Assembly (NCBI GenBank): GCA_963666425.2
Contig: OY762825.2
Span: forward strand, 1,024,001 to 1,088,000
Direction of reading: 5' to 3'
Length of the DNA stretch: 64,000 nt
From: Bacillota bacterium
GTDB taxonomy: Bacteria; Bacillota; JAAYKD01
The translations under genes were made by a program, and so were the position numbers. A model generated the notes under the pieces. That model worked only from the letters and a program-made list of their open reading frames with translations, searched no databases and was not told where the DNA came from. Below, in pieces: positions 60,294 through 64,000 of the stretch; the stretch's first letter is position 1, and every line of letters starts with the position of its first letter.

Positions 60294-61461
60294 AGTCAGC
60301 TCCCTCCGTCATGATGAATTCACCGTCCTTAATGGTATACGAGTAACAGTCTCGAATTATATCTCCGCTTGCAGTAAACGAGATGAAATCCTGAAGGCCC
60401 TCGAAGTTCTTCTTTGTAAGTATATATTCAATTAATTGATCCGGTTCCGTAATATTTGTTTTCATCATCGCCTCAGCCAATACCGTAACCGCCTCATATG
60501 AAAACATGGATGAGAAATTTGGATGACTCCCGAAGATCTGAATATATTTATCGACAAAATCAAGATATTTCCGGTCATTCGTATTCGTTTTAAAAAAGTT
60601 TACCAAATGTGCACCTTCAATGGATTTGCCACCGTGTTCGAGCAGGTCACTGGTCATTGCCCACGAAGGCAGATAAAAAGCAAGGTAGAAGTTGTTCTTA
60701 TAGAAACTCTGACTAAGGAAAGACACATTATCTGCACCCGATATAACAAACACGGCCTCGGCGCCTGAATCCCGGATATTTTTTAACAATACGTATGAAT
60801 CTATAGATTCCACAATAAATTCTTCATCTAAGACGACTTGGCCGCCTAAAGCCACATAGTCTATTATGAATTGATTTTTAAGGCCCTCAGAGAAAAGAAG
60901 ATTTGACCCATCGTACAAAACTGCTGCCTTGTGAATGTTGTTCTCTATCATGTCTTCGGCAATTTTTCGAGCCTGCTCTTTGTTGGAAGGAATCATACGC
61001 AAAAAGTAATCATCTATATCGGACAGATATTCGGCGGAAATAGTAGGACTAAGCATTAGAATTTTCTTTTCATTAACATAGGGTATGGTAAGCTCAGCCA
61101 TATCACTTGTCATATGACCTATGATAACTTTAATGTCTTCTTTATTAAATTCCTGATCGACTTCAAGAGCTGTTTCTTTATCATTCTTGTCGTCTTTTAT
61201 GACGAGCTTAATGAGTCGGCCGTTGACTCCGCCCGATTCATTGATTTCATCAACTGCTAGCTTTGCACCGTTTCTACTAGAAACACCTAGTTCCGAATTG
61301 GCACCTGAAAGAGAAGCGGTAAAGCCAATCTGTATCGAATCTGCATGTCCGTATGAGGTTACAAGCACGTAAGCCACAACACAAATCAGTAAAACAAAAA
61401 CCAGTATACTGGCAAAGCCAAGACTTTTTTTGGAGGATAGCTTCATATTTTTAAACCACAT
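60277..61461 (-). CDS. Branched-chain-amino-acid-type (LivK-like) substrate-binding protein
   Basis: IGFTASLSG, LAVDEINESGGVNGR, IIGHMTS; N-terminal TM helix. Confidence 0.88.
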   Translation of the reverse strand: MWFKNMKLSSKKSLGFASILVFVLLICVVAYVLVTSYGHADSIQIGFTASLSGANSELGVSSRNGAKLAVDEINESGGVNGRLIKLVIKDDKNDKETALEVDQEFNKEDIKVIIGHMTSDMAELTIPYVNEKKILMLSPTISAEYLSDIDDYFLRMIPSNKEQARKIAEDMIENNIHKAAVLYDGSNLLFSEGLKNQFIIDYVALGGQVVLDEEFIVESIDSYVLLKNIRDSGAEAVFVISGADNVSFLSQSFYKNNFYLAFYLPSWAMTSDLLEHGGKSIEGAHLVNFFKTNTNDRKYLDFVDKYIQIFGSHPNFSSMFSYEAVTVLAEAMMKTNITEPDQLIEYILTKKNFEGLQDFISFTASGDIIRDCYSYTIKDGEFIMTEGADYDEAK

Positions 61462-61996
61462 ATCTTCATCTCCTATGATGATTTTCAAAAATCAGAATTG
61501 GTGCTGTCACTGTTCTTAAAACAATGGTGCTATTAACTTATAATGATCTGTAAAATCTCTTAAAACAAGAGCATGAAGACACTGAACCTGCTGTGATGAA
61601 ACCAAAGAAAAGAACGCAGAACGAAGAGAAGAATATGCAGCGACCTATGTTAACAGAGATCATTTTGGATGCATTGTTCCAGTGTGGCAAGGCACCTATG
61701 TTGAGAGGGCACCTCACTTCCACAGCTTCATAACGTGAACGGTGGGCTGCTGCACACATGAATCCGCTATTAGTTTACTGTGAGTTGTTTATTCCCCATT
61801 CTTTTGTGTGAAATGTTACTATATCACTCTAAAATTCTCTCTTGGTAATAAAATACCTTTCATTATGAATTTTATAATTATCGAACGGGTTCATTGGAAA
61901 CGGTCAAAAACCTAACCCACACCTTCAACACGAATGACCCTAAGGGAACCTATCAACCACTCACATCTTTAACGATTTCCTCTAGGGGTGTGCAAA

Positions 61997-62861
61997 ATCG
62001 GGTAGGAAGCTATCCATAAATTGGATAGTCGACCTTCCACAGCACCGTACGTACCGTTCAGTGTACGGCGCTTCCTCAGTTACAAAATTATCAACTTGTA
62101 ACAGTCTGTGAAAAGTATAGTAACCGGCTCATAGAAAGCGCTTGTTAGAGAGAGCACGGCATAGAATTGGGCTATGGGCTGTTCGCCAATAGCTCTTGCT
62201 TGTATTTGTCCACATCCATGCCAGCTCAGTTTTGATTCCAAGATGAACCAGCTGAGTGTAGCGTGTTTTCGCTCGCTTCCATCGCTTCCCGGTGACCGGC
62301 TTCTTGTCCACTCATCCAGGTCTACTACATAATGGTAGCCCTCGCTTAGGTTGTCTTGACACTTTCTTAGTGCATCATGGGTGCCTCGCTTCGGTCGAAA
62401 ACCATAACTGTTCATCTACTCCGCCCTCGCCTTTATTGTGTTTCACTTGTTTGTAGGCGTGGTTCAGATTATCCGGCGTCTGGATTTGTTCCAGCAATCC
62501 GTTCTCAGTTTGTCTTGTGTCGGTGATGTCTGTTTCTATCGTCCTTGGCAGCTGACACGCTTCCGCATACTTTCCCCGTTCCGTGAGATCTCCCACGGTA
62601 AGATGCGTTACTTTTCTCCCATAGATCCGCCGTATATATACCCTAGTATCTGGGTAGTGATTTGAATTTCGTCTTGTTTGGCAGACTCGTCCTACTTTGA
62701 GTGCCTGATACGGTTCGTGTTCCTCGGACTGGGAGTTTGCTCATCACGTTTCCTTCAGATTCCGCCTCGCGATGGACACCCTTGCGCTTGGCTAATGGTT
62801 GGCTACTACCTACCCCCACAGCGGACTTTCACCGCCTTGTTCCGCACCATGCGTGGCGCAC
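61997..62861 (-). mobile_element. Degenerate class C (IIC) group II intron with an internally deleted RT/maturase
   Basis: 5' GTGCG at 62861 directly after a terminator. Domain V/VI (GCCGTACACTGAACGGTACGTACGGTGCTGTGGAAGG...CCTACCCGAT) ends at 61997. RT fragments AYKQVKHNKGEGGVD, SYGFRPKR, VVDLD and X-domain KSYWR remain. Confidence 0.92.
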
Positions 62862-62910
62862 CAAAAAAGCGGTAAATAAGCTTGTTTTTAGCCTGTTTAC
62901 CGCTTTTTTT
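62862..62910 (-). terminator. Intrinsic terminator serving as the intron target
   Basis: AAAAAAGCGGTAAA...TTTACCGCTTTTTT abutting the intron 5' end. Confidence 0.88.
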
Positions 62911-63089
62911 GATTTAGTGCGAATGATTTGTTTCAGTTTTGAGGATATGAAGGTTTGGTGTGCAGCAATTTCGAGTTGGCAGGGTAGTGGTTTTGTATAT
63001 GTGAATTTGCTCTGGGTAAGTGGCATCTTTGCATCGTGATCAGCATCTTTGGTACAGCACTCGATGTTGATTTATATAAAAATGACAAA

Positions 63090-64000
63090 TCAATTGTTAA
63101 TCTTAAACTGAAAACCTTTTTCTCTGAATAATGCAACGCAAGCATCTACGACTTCGCGGTCGTATTTTTTCCCTCTGTGCAAAGAAATTTCTTCTAGTGC
63201 AGCATCAATACCCAAAGCCATTCTATAGGGACGATGCGATGTCATAGCCTCAACGACATCTGCTACAGCCAATATTCTGCTCTCGAGGATAATTTGATCC
63301 CCCGCAAGCTTTTGCGGATAACCGGAACCATCCAGACGTTCATGATGCTGATGAATCATCTCGAGTACCTGTGGCGGGAAATCAATTTCCTTGACGATTT
63401 CATAGCCGGATTCAGCGTGGGTCTGTAGGATTTGATACTCAAGATTGGATATTTTGCCAGGTTTGTTGAGAATATCGGAAGCGATATTGATTTTGCCGAT
63501 ATCATGGATCAAGGCTCCGCTTGCGATATTGCTGACCCTCTCATCTGAAAGTCCCAACTCTTTGGCGATTGCGCAGGATAGTTCTGCCACTTTTCTTTGA
63601 TGTCCTGCTGTGTAAACATCCCTCAATTCACCAATCTTTGAAATAGCTTTGATTGTCTTGTCAAGCCTGTGAGCCAATGATTCGTTCATTACTCTGAGTA
63701 TATCCTCGGATTTCTTTTGCGCTGTAATATCTTGCACGACTCCTAATATCCCAACAACATCACCGTCTCGGTTATATAGTGGCGCACTCTGATCTCGTGC
63801 CCATCCGGATTTCTCGGTTTCTGAGACACTAAAGTAAAAATCGCACTCATCAAGTTTATGACCATTTAATGCCATTTCTAAATTGTTAATGAGCCCAGTT
63901 CCATCAAGCCAATTGAAAACCTCTCCCGCGTTGCGTCCAATCACCTCTTTCGCTAAGACTCCAGATAACTTCTCCATGAACGGATTCCATATTTTATAAC
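63090..64000 (-). CDS. PAS domain plus HD-GYP phosphodiesterase (5' part probably beyond the window)
   Basis: PAS/PAC (NPFMEKLSG...APLYNRDG..GVVQDIT), HDIGK, HHERLDGSGYP; the frame stays open upstream of 63977. Confidence 0.9.
   Translation of the reverse strand, partial: YKIWNPFMEKLSGVLAKEVIGRNAGEVFNWLDGTGLINNLEMALNGHKLDECDFYFSVSETEKSGWARDQSAPLYNRDGDVVGILGVVQDITAQKKSEDILRVMNESLAHRLDKTIKAISKIGELRDVYTAGHQRKVAELSCAIAKELGLSDERVSNIASGALIHDIGKINIASDILNKPGKISNLEYQILQTHAESGYEIVKEIDFPPQVLEMIHQHHERLDGSGYPQKLAGDQIILESRILAVADVVEAMTSHRPYRMALGIDAALEEISLHRGKKYDREVVDACVALFREKGFQFKINN

Noticed and set aside
61500-61996. Possible c-di-GMP riboswitch or HUH transposase remnant (PHFH) upstream of the SBP
   Set aside because: I found no GEMM-type GGCAAA/GAAA/CGCAAAGC core, and the peptide similarity is too short to support a call.

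Overview
A 64 kb chromosomal segment of an anaerobic, amino-acid-using Firmicute (Clostridia-like, about 48% GC by eye). The core is the conserved block comEA-comEC-holA / rpsT / lepA-hemW-hrcA-grpE-dnaK-dnaJ-prmA-rsmE-mtaB. It carries a perfect CIRCE, an extra thermosome-like (group III) chaperonin between hrcA and grpE, and a TetR gene where spore-formers have gpr-spoIIP. Around it lie peptidases and amino-acid catabolic genes (M14, M20, M42, hutU, sdaAB/sdaAA, PatB, aminotransferase). Four accessory features stand out. (1) The 3' end of hutU occurs three times in tandem, and each pair of copies brackets a single-gene cassette (an Uup-like ABC-F gene, then a large lipoprotein gene); two copies carry a co-varying hairpin that looks like a MITE/IS end. 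(2) An orphan GlmL/MutL-family ATPase operon shares an AGGA-N18-GAAATGATA promoter motif with comEA. (3) An ECF sigma/anti-sigma locus has a GGAAATTT-N13/14-CCGTCT motif that recurs three times, once inside a cassette. (4) The right end has an IS3 fragment, a deleted class C group II intron and two HD-GYP genes with near-identical catalytic domains but different sensor domains. No rRNA, tRNA or CRISPR array was seen. All family assignments come from motif recognition by eye, not from database searches.
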